The notes under the pieces were generated by a model, which searched no databases, was not told where the DNA came from, and saw only the letters and a program-made list of their open reading frames with translations. The translations under genes and the position numbers were made by a program. A stretch of DNA of 64,000 bases, taken from assembly GCA_022605425.2 (NCBI GenBank), contig JAKIMF020000001.1:868001-932000 (forward strand). The letters are read 5' to 3'. Shown here piece by piece: positions 23,642 to 36,500 of this stretch (positions are counted from its first letter, which is position 1; every line of letters starts with the position of its first letter). The stretch comes from Hamiltosporidium tvaerminnensis FI-OER-3-3 (lineage: Eukaryota; Fungi; Microsporidia).

Positions 23642-24142
23642 ATGAACATAGCGATACTAAAAACATATTTTGATAGAATAGTTCCTATGAAAAGAGAAAG
23701 ATGGACATTTTTTGGTATTGTTCTTTTCCTTTTTGTATTACGTATAGCTATAAAGAGAACACATTACTTAATAACATATTGTTTAGCGATATATCTTTTA
23801 CACGGATTGATTGGTTTTTGTACACCAAAAGAAGAAAACATTCCGGATCCGTTTGATAACTTTGAAGATGATGTTTATATTCCACAGACCATAGATGATG
23901 ATTTTAAACCATTTATGAGACGATTACCGGAATATTCTTTTTGGTTAATGTCTATTCGCCTGGTTATGTTGGCACTGATGGGAACTTTCTTTGGTTTTTT
24001 AGATATACCGGTATATGCCCCTATTCTTGTTGTATATTTTATTGTTATTTCATTTCTTACAGCCAGAAATTTACATCGACATATGAAAAAATATAAATAT
24101 GATCCTTTTAGAAGTTTCAAGGAGGTTTATAATAAAAAGTAA
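23642..24142 (+). CDS. RER1: Rer1 ER-retrieval receptor
   Basis: YFDRIVP..RW, YLITYCLAIYLL..LIGFCTPK, DFKPFMRRLPEYSFW, DIPVYAPILVVYF, HMKKYKYDPF are Rer1 signature motifs. GCCCTTCA precedes the ATG. Confidence 0.95.
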   Translation: MNIAILKTYFDRIVPMKRERWTFFGIVLFLFVLRIAIKRTHYLITYCLAIYLLHGLIGFCTPKEENIPDPFDNFEDDVYIPQTIDDDFKPFMRRLPEYSFWLMSIRLVMLALMGTFFGFLDIPVYAPILVVYFIVISFLTARNLHRHMKKYKYDPFRSFKEVYNKK

Positions 24143-24590
24143 TGATATCTTAATAATTTAGACTTAAATTTTATATTTTTTAGTTAAAAGACAATTTTTT
24201 TATTTCATTCGATAATTGTATGTTAAATAAAACGATTTTTATTAAAATTCTTTTCAATTTTCAACTAAAATTAAAGGCATATTTTTCTAATTATTTTAGA
24301 AATCGGCAATAATTTTATTATAATTTTAAGAAATATTTTAGTTGGAAATATGCTTTTTTATCAGTCCTAAATAATGCAAAAATCTTACTTTTTCGATAGA
24401 AAATGATTTTTTGGTTTGTTTTTGTAATTCTTTGTAAATCAAATTTTTCAAAGTTATAACTTTAAAAATAAATTTAGTGAACCCCTGTTTTTCAATTTAT
24501 TATCAATCATTTGAGTAAACAGCAAGCTTAATTAAGGTACAGTATTTATGAATCATTTATTTAATATAAAAATATTTAGATTTTGAATTT

Positions 24591-25275
24591 TTGAAGGGTA
24601 ACAAACAAACTAAAAACCATCTGCCTGGTGATTATTAATTGAAATAACTGTAAACTAGTTGTTTGGATTTTTGATTGGAATAAAACTATATTACTTTTTA
24701 GTTAATCCATGGGTATTTATATGAGGAGGAGAAAGTCTATGAAATGACGAAAGCTTTTCTACGAATATATTTTGTAGTTTTTTATGTAACTAGATTGCAG
24801 GAGAACTTGTAGGTAATCACCATGTAAAAGATTAAAAAACCTAGCCTTTCTCACTCGGCTCAGAATACCATGCGCATAGTTAGCACAAAAGGTAAACTCT
24901 TTGCTGAAGAAACTAAGGCGCAGGTTATATTTCGTTGTATAATATTTAACTGTCTAGATGGACCCAATGTAAGTCGCCGATATATATCCTAACTGGAAGT
25001 TTATTGAGATTTGAAATGAAGAGCTAGTAGGGTACTACAATGTCTTAGGGAAACCCATGGTGTGCTTCTACCTAAAATTACATACCATGCAACGTATATT
25101 AAAAACCTCCGTGGAACTGCCCGTCTATCTATTGGTTTCTACACACTTTTAGAATAAAAATTATTGATATCTAGGTATCTAAGGAATACTTGTAGGGTAT
25201 TGGGGTGCGTTATAAGTAACCCTAGAACTGCATTAATGTCATGAAAACAATATAACATAGTCCACTTTCTAAGGG
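24591..25275 (+). mobile_element. ~730-nt element, old diverged copy C
   Basis: tgtttggattttt, ttgtagttttttatgtaactagattgcag, cctagcctt, ctgtctagatggaccc and cctagaactgcattaatgtcatgaaaacaa are collinear with copy A. Confidence 0.8.
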
Positions 25276-26501
25276 TTTTTTATTTGGTAGTTATAAATTT
25301 TTAAATATTACTGAATATTCGATTAAAGTTTTAAAATACAAATAAAATGAAGTTGGGTTGGTATACCTTTTTTATGCTATCGACATGTAGGTTAAATTTT
25401 TTTTGTAGAATATAAGTCTTTAAAAAGAATATAACTCTTTATAAATTATATTTTAGGCAATTTTGATATTAAAAGTTTGTTTTCAATTCTAAATTTAAAT
25501 TTTGGTTTTTATAGCTGATATGAATTTATTTTGATAGATATTTATTTAATACCTAATTATAAGACACCGAAATGGGAAATATTTTAGCAGATATAGTAAT
25601 TTAAAAGAATTAGGCTAGATGAATAGAAATAAATTGTAGAATATATCCTGTTGTCTATTATTAGACTATTGAAGCTCAATTAAAGACAAAAATTTAACTA
25701 GAATAAAAATATAATGTACAAAAAAATATTCGCACCTTAAAAATAATATATATGAATCGATAAAAATATACTTGTATTTGTATTCAATTTAAATATTATT
25801 ATGTTGGTAGTTAATCAACAAAATCATGACGACATTGCCAAATAATCGATTTGGTGATGTTTATTTGCAAATATGTAATTAAGATACACATATAACTAAA
25901 TATAACATAAACATTTAGTAAGTATTATAAACCGAAAAGCTTTTTAGTATAAAACCACCTATTTAACACCTGAATTCTATTGATAGAAACCATCAATTTT
26001 TTTTTAAAAAAAGGAGACATGATAATTATAATCAAAGTATATATTTGTTGGTCTTCACCATTGATAAAAATATTTTTATTTGTTTATATAAACAACTTAC
26101 TGGATGATGGGTTTTAAACGAAGTGAATTAGAATAATTTTAAATATTAGATGTCAAGTATAATACATAGAATGCTTTTTTTTGTTATGAAATACAAGCAA
26201 AACACTTTTTAAATCCAAAAATAGGTGCAAAATGATAATTATTTGTCCATAAAACGAACATGGATAATATTTAGCTATATAAGGAAAAAAAACAATTGAA
26301 AATCTAAAAAATCAGACAATAGTTTAATAATAAATCCTTTGAAACATGTTTTCTAGGATTATTTTTGACTCTGAACATAGGAACTACAAACACTTGGTCG
26401 GTTTATAATTAGTTCCACATTTAAAAGAGCTGATGAAGTATAAACAATTTTTATTATATTTTTAAATTTTTCTAAAAAAAAACTTGCTTATGATTTTGTA
26501 T

Positions 26502-27785
26502 TTAAAAAAAAACCGATAATAAACTTATGAAATCTTCGTATTTGATAGGATTGAATCTGGTTCTGGTTTTTTTGATATTTAAATTATAATTGCTTTGGCG
26601 CGAATTATACACATTTATAATTCTACAATTCATATTGACATTAATTTCAAAATTCATATTAGATAAAGAATTTAAGTTTCTTTGTTCAATAGCTATAAAA
26701 TATTTTGTTTCAATTATTATATTTTGTAAATTATCTAAAAAATTATCAACTGAATTTTCAATTATAATAATATTGTTTAATAGAGAAAGGTATAAATTCT
26801 TTGTATAACATAGTATATCATCTGTTCGTAACTTTTTTATTTTCATATTAAACAAAAAAATACTTTTTACTTCATAATTTTCTGAATACCAAAAACCTTC
26901 TTTGATAATACACTTGGAAGAAAAATACATTCTAAGTGATAAAAACAATTCTTTTTCACAATGTTTTTTGCAATATTTATATACAAGTTCACTATTTGTT
27001 TTTAAACCAACAGATTTTGAGAATTTCAATGTGATTAAATTTATATCAAAAACAATATTCTTAATTTTTTCAAAAAAAGATTGAATATATTTTTTATTTA
27101 AGCTAATTATTTCATATGAAATCATATTTGATGTATGGAGTTGATGATTTCGAATTAGAACTGTATCTTCTTCGGAATCCTCTTGTCTTTTAACGATTAA
27201 AAGAAAATAAAAGTATATGTCGGTTTCGAAAAAATGAGAAGTGTTTAGAACAATGTTATTTACATAGACCTGATGAACTATAGGACATAAAATTAAAAAA
27301 TTTTCGACATTAAAATTATAATTTGTCATTTTTTTAAACACAAAATTTAAATGGCCCAAAAATTTTGCTAAATACATTTGCATGGCATTTTTTTTCATAA
27401 TTAAAAAATTTTTCTTTATTTTTTGACCAGGTACTACTATTTTCGTATATTTTTTAGTCGTATAATAATAAAAAATATCTAAATATTCTAAATTAAACAA
27501 AGTAGCATTTGAAACAAGTGCAAACTTGAATATCATTTCAATATTTTCTTGGATTTTTATTATTTTAAGTATTTCATCTGTCAAAAATACAGAATACAAA
27601 TCAAACGAAAAAACGTGCAAATCGTATTCTGAACTTTTTAAAAAAATCTTTTTTTCCTTATTAAGAAATTTATATATCGTTTTTTTAAAGTCGTTTTCAT
27701 ACGTATTTAATTCTTTTATATTGGTTAAGCATTTATTGAAATTTGCTTTTGATACTGTTAAGAAAAGAAAGTAAATACATATCAT
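26502..27785 (-). CDS. Hypothetical lineage-specific protein (~427 aa), probable signal peptide
   Basis: Long open frame in very AT-rich DNA. The first ATG (27785) gives MICIYFLFLTVSKA-NF, a short hydrophobic leader. No recognisable domain. Confidence 0.6.
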   Translation of the reverse strand: MICIYFLFLTVSKANFNKCLTNIKELNTYENDFKKTIYKFLNKEKKIFLKSSEYDLHVFSFDLYSVFLTDEILKIIKIQENIEMIFKFALVSNATLFNLEYLDIFYYYTTKKYTKIVVPGQKIKKNFLIMKKNAMQMYLAKFLGHLNFVFKKMTNYNFNVENFLILCPIVHQVYVNNIVLNTSHFFETDIYFYFLLIVKRQEDSEEDTVLIRNHQLHTSNMISYEIISLNKKYIQSFFEKIKNIVFDINLITLKFSKSVGLKTNSELVYKYCKKHCEKELFLSLRMYFSSKCIIKEGFWYSENYEVKSIFLFNMKIKKLRTDDILCYTKNLYLSLLNNIIIIENSVDNFLDNLQNIIIETKYFIAIEQRNLNSLSNMNFEINVNMNCRIINVYNSRQSNYNLNIKKTRTRFNPIKYEDFISLLSVFF

Positions 27786-29013
27786 TAAGTATATTTCTTT
27801 GAATAGCAAAGATATATATTGTTATTATCCAAATAAATTAAATTCAAAATAAGCATATTAATGATTGAAAATAATCTAATTGTAGTCTTAAAAGACCAAA
27901 TATAAAAGTAATTCGAACTCAATTAATCATCTTGATCAAATAAGGTGAGGAAATTTATCCAAACGCACAAAGAACAGATTTAAATTTTATAGAGAAATCT
28001 TTTTATTCTTAAGCAAAGTATTTAACAAACATATAATAAATATTCTCTCAATGATAATCAATTTAATTGTAATCTATTTCCAAGAAAACATATTATATTT
28101 TTTTCAAATGAATTTCCATTTTTTACAACCAATTTGAACATAAAATTTGTTTTTAGATTTTCGAGTTTTAGAAAACAAATATTACTACAATAATTATATT
28201 CTTTGCCAAATATTTCATTATATTAACATATATTTTACCTTTTTTAATTTTATTTGCTTTTTTTACTTTAATGATCATTTAGAAATCATTGTAACAAAAA
28301 AATTACAAAAATATTTGTCAGTAATCTATTTCTTCTTCTAGAGATAGAGATTAACTATTCAAGTAAATAGATTTTGTGCTGATAAAAAAACAAATAATTT
28401 ACCAAATCGTTTAGAAATTACAATAAAAAAATATAAATCGAATTGAAAACATAACACGGAGTCAGGTGTCAGAATTCCTTTCAGGCAATATAACTATACT
28501 AAGGCTAAATTTTTTCGGGACGTATAGAAAAATATTTTTTTTATTGATTTTTTATATTTCTTTCTAGTATTTATCAATCAAATTTCTCAAAATTTTATCA
28601 ATAAAGTTTTTAGTTATTTATGATGATATTTCTTGCAAAATGCTAGAATGCCATCTTTTATTTGTAATTTATTATTTTATATCAGAATTTGAGTTAAAAA
28701 TAGGCGAGCAATTTGTTGAAATTTAGATTTATGAAAAATGTATTAAATGATATTTACTTTGAAGAATTTATTTGTAAAAACTTGATATTATATTTCCGTA
28801 TTTAACTCTAAGTGCCAAAGATGAAGAAATGTAAGTTTTCGAATTGTTTCTTTTAATATGCAGCAACTCGGAATTATAAGGAGATAGGTATGTAGATCCA
28901 AGGTGGTTTATATTCCAGCAAAATGGCAATAATGATTTTCACACCAATTTCATACACTCATTGCCAAGTAGATAATTTTCATGTGTTTATCCATCCTTTA
29001 TCTATTCATCAAT

Positions 29014-32000
29014 ATTTTTATTTAATAAAATTCTGGGTTAAAATATTTTTTACCATTTTTACATGTTTTCTTCTACCTCTTTAACCACTATTGTCTCTTC
29101 TTCCAAATCCGATTCTTTATTTTGTTATTGATCAGTTCCTCTAAAGTGATTCTTCCTTGTGAAATAAAGGGTGCTTTATTTTTTGGTTTAAAATTTTTTG
29201 CAGCATCTTCCTCTCTCTTCGCTTCTTTTAAAGGGGGTATTGGTTCCTCATGCATCTCTGATCTCATAATAACACCCATTGACGCTCTCTCTCCAGCTCT
29301 CTTCGGCATTTAGTCCTGACTCAAGTCCTCTTCGTCGATCAAAGGAAATAGTTTCGACTGTCTTTTTAAGTACTATAGACTGAATGTATGCTTCTACATT
29401 CATGGGTATTTCTAGTCTTTTAAGATGAGATTTATGGTATTTTGTCACAATACCGTCCCAGGTCATCACATAAGGGATTATCTCAACACTACACTTATAA
29501 ATAAGGCCCAACTCATTGGCTAGCAGGTCATACTTCCTAAGTTTTTCAGTTTCAACTATTTGAAGTGAATCTTGGGAAGTGATTCCTACTTCAATGAGTG
29601 TTATCTTATTCTTCTTCTTATCTAAAATAAATATGTCCGGTCTGTTATTCCGAATTTTAACATCAGTTTTAATTCTGGTGTCCACTCTTATCTCTGCATA
29701 CTCATTATCAAGAATTTCTTGAACTGAGTGGCTCCTTATTCGTTTTGAAGACTTAAACTTATATCAATTTAGAAGGAGAAGGTGTAGGCATCTAACCACT
29801 TCATTATGCCGTCTAGTGTAATCATGGCCTAGCATTTTTTCACATCTAGTTGCTAGATAATCCACAGTCTTACCAGACTTCCCGCAATGTTGACACACAC
29901 CATCTGCTCCCCAGAATACATTTCTATCCTGGATATAGCAGAACACAGCTTCATTTCGTGGCCTAAAATTTCCTCTCTTTAGCCATCTTGAAGAGTCACT
30001 AACACTCACAAGCTCATTTTTCCTTGCATTATATAACTTTGAATGGAGTTTTCGTTTTTCTATTTCGTTATATAGTTTTGCAAGTTGAGCTTCTTCTAAA
30101 CTTTTCTTAGTGACTTCTTCTACCAACCTGTACTTTACTTTTAAGAAGCCTTTTATTAGTGCAAGATGGGTTTTATTATTATTCTCCACCTTGAGGATTG
30201 CTGCTCGTCTAGTTGATATTTCTTTACTTTTTTCCAGACAATCCAAGAGTTGCAGAAGCATATGTTCGCTTCGCAACTCAACACTATGTAGGCCTCTTCC
30301 AAGTTCTGTTCTAGGAAGATACAACCGCTCTTTACATCCTGGGCGGAGATGTATCTTATTTTTAACCAACACCGCACGCACTGCATCATCTAACTTAGAG
30401 AAGTCAGCCGGTTCAAGTCGAAGTACTCCTATGTGGTAGTTGATTAACGATATCGCATGTTGATTGATTGCAGAAAATAAATTTTTTGCATTTAATCTAG
30501 TGTGACAAAGTCTTTCAACTCTTGATATAAGTTTGCTCTGTACTTCTTCAAATGAGCTACGTGTTGGGATTCCTCTGCTATCTTCTATTATTCCTAAATA
30601 TTTGTAAACACTAACACCTTCTAGAAGAGTAGCAGTATCTTCACAACACGTATCATTTGTGGCTGACTTCTCTTTGTTAATCTCTAAGCCAATCACCTCT
30701 AAAAATTCCTTTGCCTCGCCTGTCATAGCACTCAATGTGGAGCTGTCTTTTGCAAGGAGCTTAAGATAATCAATAAACAAGAGATGATTAGTAGAATGGG
30801 ATTCTGCATCTGTTTGTACTGTCACTTTTGTGTATTTTTCATTAAGCTTTCGGCTTAATGGATCCATACACAACACAAATAACAAAGGTGACAGACTATC
30901 TCCTTGTAGAATTCCTCTATCAATCTTCTTGCTCATGATTTTTTCAGGCCCTACTGATATATCAATTTTCCATTTTGATATAATTACCTTAATAAATTTC
31001 AGGATCCAATCAGGTAAATTAAGGTTTTCAATGCATTGAGTTAAATAAGCATGATCTATTGAATCATAAGCTTTTTTAACATCAATCCATGTTGTCTTAA
31101 GATTATTTCCATACTCTTTATTTAAGGCAATATTCAGTAGAGCCTGCTCTTTCGCTCCCTGCACACCTCTTACCGCCCCTAATTGGTTCTCTGCAAGCAA
31201 CCCTCGCCTTTCCACTTCAATTTATACGACTTTCGTTACACACTTTGTCGTTAACTTATAGAGGTTGGACATACAAGTGATTGGCCTGTAGTCAGAGCCT
31301 CTTCGTGGAATTCCTTTCGGTATCAAATACGTAAGCCCGCAGTAAAACCAATCAGCTTGAGGTGTTCCTTCTAAACATATAACTTTCACAATATCATAAA
31401 GATATTTGTGAAGAGTTGTAAATTTCTTAATGAAAAAATTGTAAATACCATCAATTCCAGCAGCTTTCCAATTAGGGAGCCAATTAATGATATTCACAAA
31501 TTCATCAAGTGAAGGAAACGTGGTCGGATGATTATCTGATACAAATGTAATCAAATAATCATCGTACGTGACTGTGTCATCATTTTTGTTCCACATTGTA
31601 GACCAAAAACTCACAATTTAGACACGGCTAACCACATGCTTGGATTCCACACGCTCGGATAACCCACGATAAAATCGACCTCGGAAAAGCTCAAACATAC
31701 GATTCTCTTTTCGGAATTGCTTCCTACTTTCATGCATCGTAATTTTTTTCTCGTAAACATTCAAAGACTCATTCTTCTTAACTAAAGCCTCAGAAAGATC
31801 AGTTACGCTGCTCAAGTTTAAATTAAACTCTCGCATGATTTTCTTAAGGCTCTTCGTTTCCGAAGTGGAGAGCTTTTCCTGCTTACGAGCTTTCTCGAGG
31901 AGATCTTTGGAAAGTACTAACTTAGAAATTTTACTTTCTATGTTTTCCTTCCAAGCGGATCTAGGCTTCTCTTTACGTGTTGCCTCGTCATAGCATACCT

Positions 32001-32830
32001 GCGCAGCTTGCATGATATACGCGGCTTCCGTAATTGACTCAGGTACATGAGCTCCTGCATATTCACCGACTACTCGATTAATGAGATCCAGAGCTTTACT
32101 ATCAACCAATTCATTTGGATGTTTTCTAGTTCGGACCACCACTTTTCCAATTTCGTTCTCAGATATTTCTTTGATTTTACTCAAGAATTTATCTCTCAGG
32201 TTTATTTACTCCGTGGTGTCGGTCAAGGTGCATGTATCAGCGAGACAAGTGGCGATTCTACGTCGCTCTCCATTCTCTTCTGATTTTACATCCTTTCCCA
32301 TCTCACTTTGTGCCAATTTTTTTAACACTTCGAGAGTTTCAGTGCAGCCGAATTTCTCATTATAGTACCTGTGAAGCTCTGTCCAGCCATTTCTTGGCAT
32401 TCTTTCAAACCTTGTCTGTACTGCAAAAAAAACAATTCGAGGCCATTCCTTCGAATCGGCTGTTACGGAATCGAATATCGTCCGCAATGCCATAGCCTGT
32501 TACCTTCCGGAATAGCTAGAGTACAGGGGCTTGTCATATCGTACGATGGCTCGCACGCAGAGACTTCAACCGAAGAGGGAACTGGTGCATTAGGCGAAGG
32601 TAAGGTGTCAAGCCCACTATTTTGCATTTTACTGCATGTTTGGCTTGGTGGTGGAGGTGTTATTGTTGTGTAGGAGGAGGAAGGTAGGGGAATCGCCGGT
32701 GGGTGTAGCTTACATTTTTGTATCTCACTATCACTCTTTTTCACCTCATCAGCGTCGTTTGCAGCCTTTATTTTGGTATTATTCGATATTTCGCTGCTAA
32801 CATTTTTCTTTCTACCCATTTCTTCTTATA
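29014..32830 (-). mobile_element. R4/Dong-like RLE retrotransposon, full-length young copy 3 with several stops and frameshifts
   Basis: TSD ATTCATCAAT(AT) at 29004-29015 and 32831-32842. ORF begins MGRKKNVSSE at 32819. Pieces down to 29088 are collinear with copy 1, with the same TGA after HLLLLN (29764-29766). Confidence 0.95.
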
Positions 32831-33405
32831 ATTCATCAATATAATATATATAAATAGGAAAATAGTTCATTTGGTTAAACTAAAAGGTGTTATATTTACA
32901 ATAAAAATATTGTTTTATTTAGCAAAAGTACGTATTTTCCGATTATATTTTGTTTACACTGCCTAATAATCTCCAAGAAGACGCACTATTCTCTAACTAA
33001 CACTAATATTCTTATAGTTTATATTTTAAATTACTTATTTTGAGCCTTAAAAAGACTAAATTGTCTTTTGCTTCTTTTTGATAGATTTTTTACTATAAAA
33101 AATTATGAATTCATAGTGTATTTTGTCGCTCTTTTTTTTCTTATTATAGACTCTTGAAAGAAAGAAAGAAAGAAGGTAAACATTCTATAAATATATTAGC
33201 TAAAAAAAATTAAGTCATCAAAGCCCTTTGATTTTTAAAAAATTCCTTTAGCATTTTAGATCTTATTTTTGTAAAGTTTCTCTGTCAACTTTTCAGATTT
33301 TTCTATTTTTTATAGTATTAATTTCTTGGAATAAACGATTCAAACGTATAAAAACAAATACACTAAATTTTGTATTTTATGACGTGTAATTATGGACGAA
33401 TTATA

Positions 33406-33477
33406 GCTCTAGTGGCGCAATGGTAGCGCGTTTGACTTCTAATCAAAAGGTTCCGAGTTCGAGTCTCGGCTGGAGCG
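33406..33477 (+). tRNA. tRNA-Arg (anticodon UCU)
   Basis: Acceptor GCTCTAG/CTGGAGC+G, D-arm GCGC-AATGGTA-GCGC, anticodon arm TTTGA-CTTCTAA-TCAAA, T-arm CCGAG-TTCGAGT-CTCGG. Followed by a TTTT Pol III terminator. Confidence 0.97.
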
Positions 33478-33565
33478 TTTTGACAATTTTTTTCATTCTG
33501 TTGACTTTAAAAGTGAAACCTATTTAACTAATAAATTTAGATTTTATTTCTTAAGTACAAAATAA

Positions 33566-36500
33566 ATGAAAAAGAAAAAAAGTTGATAGCTAAAAACAAA
33601 AAAATAATAAAATAATGCTAAAAACGACGCTGATGAGGGAAATAGAAGTATAGTGATCTACAAAAATGTGAGAAACCTATCCCGAATCTCTAGATTCCTC
33701 CCCCACAGAACAAACACACATACCCCACAGATCAAACTTCCAATAAATGCAAAATAGTCGGCTTGACATCTTAACTTCGCATAATGCAGTACCTGCCACT
33801 TCGGTTGAAGTCTCTAATACGAGTCATTGTACGGCAAGACAAACCCCTGTATTCTAGTTATTCTTGATAGTAACAGGCTAATTACATGAAGAAGATACTC
33901 TTTTCCGTAACAGATGACTCGAAGGAATGGCCTCCAATTGTCTTGATTTGCAGTAGAAAAGGGTAAAAAGAATGCTAAGAAAAGGCTGGACAGGTACTCT
34001 AAAAAGATATTCAGCTGAGCTGTAACTCTTAACTTGCTAAAAAAATTAGCACAAAGTGGGAGGGGAAGGGAAGTAAAATCAGAAGAGGATAGAGAGCAAT
34101 GTAGAATCGTCACTTGCATCTCTGATACATGCACCCTTACCAACCCTACGGAATACATAAACCCAAGAGATAAATCTTTGAGTACCAGAAAAGATTTCTT
34201 AGAGAAGGAAATTAGAAAAGTGTTGGTTCGAACTAGAAAACATATAAATGAATTGGTTGACTGTAAAGTTCTGGATCTCATTAATCGAGTTTCGGGGAAA
34301 ATGCGCAGTCTCATATACACGAGTCAACTATGGACGCCGAGCATATCATACAAGCTGAGCAGGTAGGCATGAATGACAACACGCAAAAAAAAGCCTAGAT
34401 CCTCAGGGAGGAAAACATAGAAGGTAAAATTTCTAAGTTTTTTCTTTATAAAGATTTCCTTATGATGGTATGTATAGAAGAAAGGCTCACACTTCCAAGA
34501 AAAAAGCCTTAAAAAAATGAAGCGAGAGTTTAATTTAAACTTGAGCAGTATAGCTGATCTTTTAGAGACTTGGATTAAGAAAAATGAGTTTTAGAATATA
34601 CACCAGCAAAAAAATCGATTTATGAACGTAGAAAGTAATTCTAAAAATAGAATTGTATGTTTGGGCTACTCCGAAATCGATTTTATAGTGCTTATCCCGG
34701 CTTTAGACTCTGAGAATATGTTGGTCTTTGGAACTTATGAATTTTGCGTAAACGATGTGGATCAAAAATCAAGACATCGTCACGTATGAGAATAATTTAC
34801 TTTCTTTTGTAGCAGATAATCTTCTATTTAATTTTTTTCTTCCATGAATTTGAGGTATCGTTTATTGGCTTCTCAACTTGAGAGCTGCTGTAATATATGA
34901 TATGACTAATTTCATAAACAAGAAACCAACAACTCTTCACAATTATCTCTATAACACTGTGAAAGTTATATGTTTAGAAAGTAAGTCTGAAGTTGATTGG
35001 GTTTGTTGTGGGTTTACGTATTTTATCTTGAAAGGAAATCCACAAAGAGGCTTTTATTACAGGCAAATATATGTATTTCCAAACTCTAAAAGTTCACGAC
35101 AAAATGGTAATGAATTTTTTTCCACTTTATGGTAAAGCAAAGAGGATTACTTAGAACCAATTTGACGCGTTAAAAGACGTGCAAAAAGAAAAAGACCAGG
35201 CTCTACTAAAAATTAACCTAAATAAAGAGTATAGAAACAATTAAAGCAACTTATATATATGTAGAAAAACCCACGGGATTTAGTATATTCTACACATTAG
35301 ACCAATACATTTAAAACCTAAAGTTAATTTATTTATTTATTTATTTAATAGCTTACCCCTTCCATATGGATGGAACATAAGCTAACAATCAATCATTACT
35401 TAACCAAGTTCTAGCCGTTTCAAAGCCAATTATTTTTTGATTGGTTAGGTTGTCAGCCTCACGCAAACTTCCGAACGAAAATAAAGAGTACCACGACCGA
35501 GGATCAAGCCCAATCCTTCAGATGTAAATTCTGATATCTCAATAGTAGACTATTGGCGACTCGATTTAATTCATTAGATCGTGAAATATTTTAAGATAAA
35601 AATTTATAGTTCAACAAAGCCTGTAAAAAATCATAAACAAAAAGATTATGAGATAAATGGTATAAAGGTTGAGCTTTTTACCTTTGCTTGTTGTGCTGTA
35701 TAGATTGTTGAGCTATAAACACAATAACAATACACAAGAGTGAAAATGAATAATGATGAGATTTTCACACTAAGTTTTATTTCTTTGCTATTGATTCTCT
35801 TAAGCTTCTTTTGAGATACAGCTTAATGCTTGAAAATTGATTCTGAGGCAAAATAAATTTCAAAATTTTTGTTTAGAAGTAAATCTAGATAAGTCAGACA
35901 CAATTGATAGGTATTGGAAAGTTACTGCTATTCTTTTACAAAATGTTAGTGTTTATAAATTTCTGGAAATAGAAGAAGATAACAGGGGTAATCCGACACT
36001 TAGCTCATTCAAAGAAGTACGATTCAAACTAATATCAAGAGTTGAAAGACTTTGTCGCACAAATTAAATCAAAAAATCTATTTTTATGCAATTAATCAAC
36101 ATAAAATATCGTTGATTAACTATAACATAATAGCTTTTTAGCCTGAACTTACCGACTTTTCTAAGTTAGATAATGTGGCGCGTGTAGTGTTGAAAAAAAT
36201 AAGTTATATATTCGTCAAAATATAGACGTCTATATCTTCCTCGAAAAAAACTTAAAAGAGTTTCTTATAAATTTGAGTTCAAAAGCGAGCATATGCTTAT
36301 ACAACTCTTGAATTGTCCTGAATGGGTAAAGAAATATCAACTCAATGAGCAGCAACCTAAAAGGTGAAGAATGGTAATAAAACCCACCTTGCACCAATAA
36401 AAGACTTCTTAAAAGTAAATATAGGTTGGAAGAAGAAGTCACAAGAATAATTTATAGGAGTTTCAACTTTCAAAACTATACAATTAAATATGAAAGCGAA

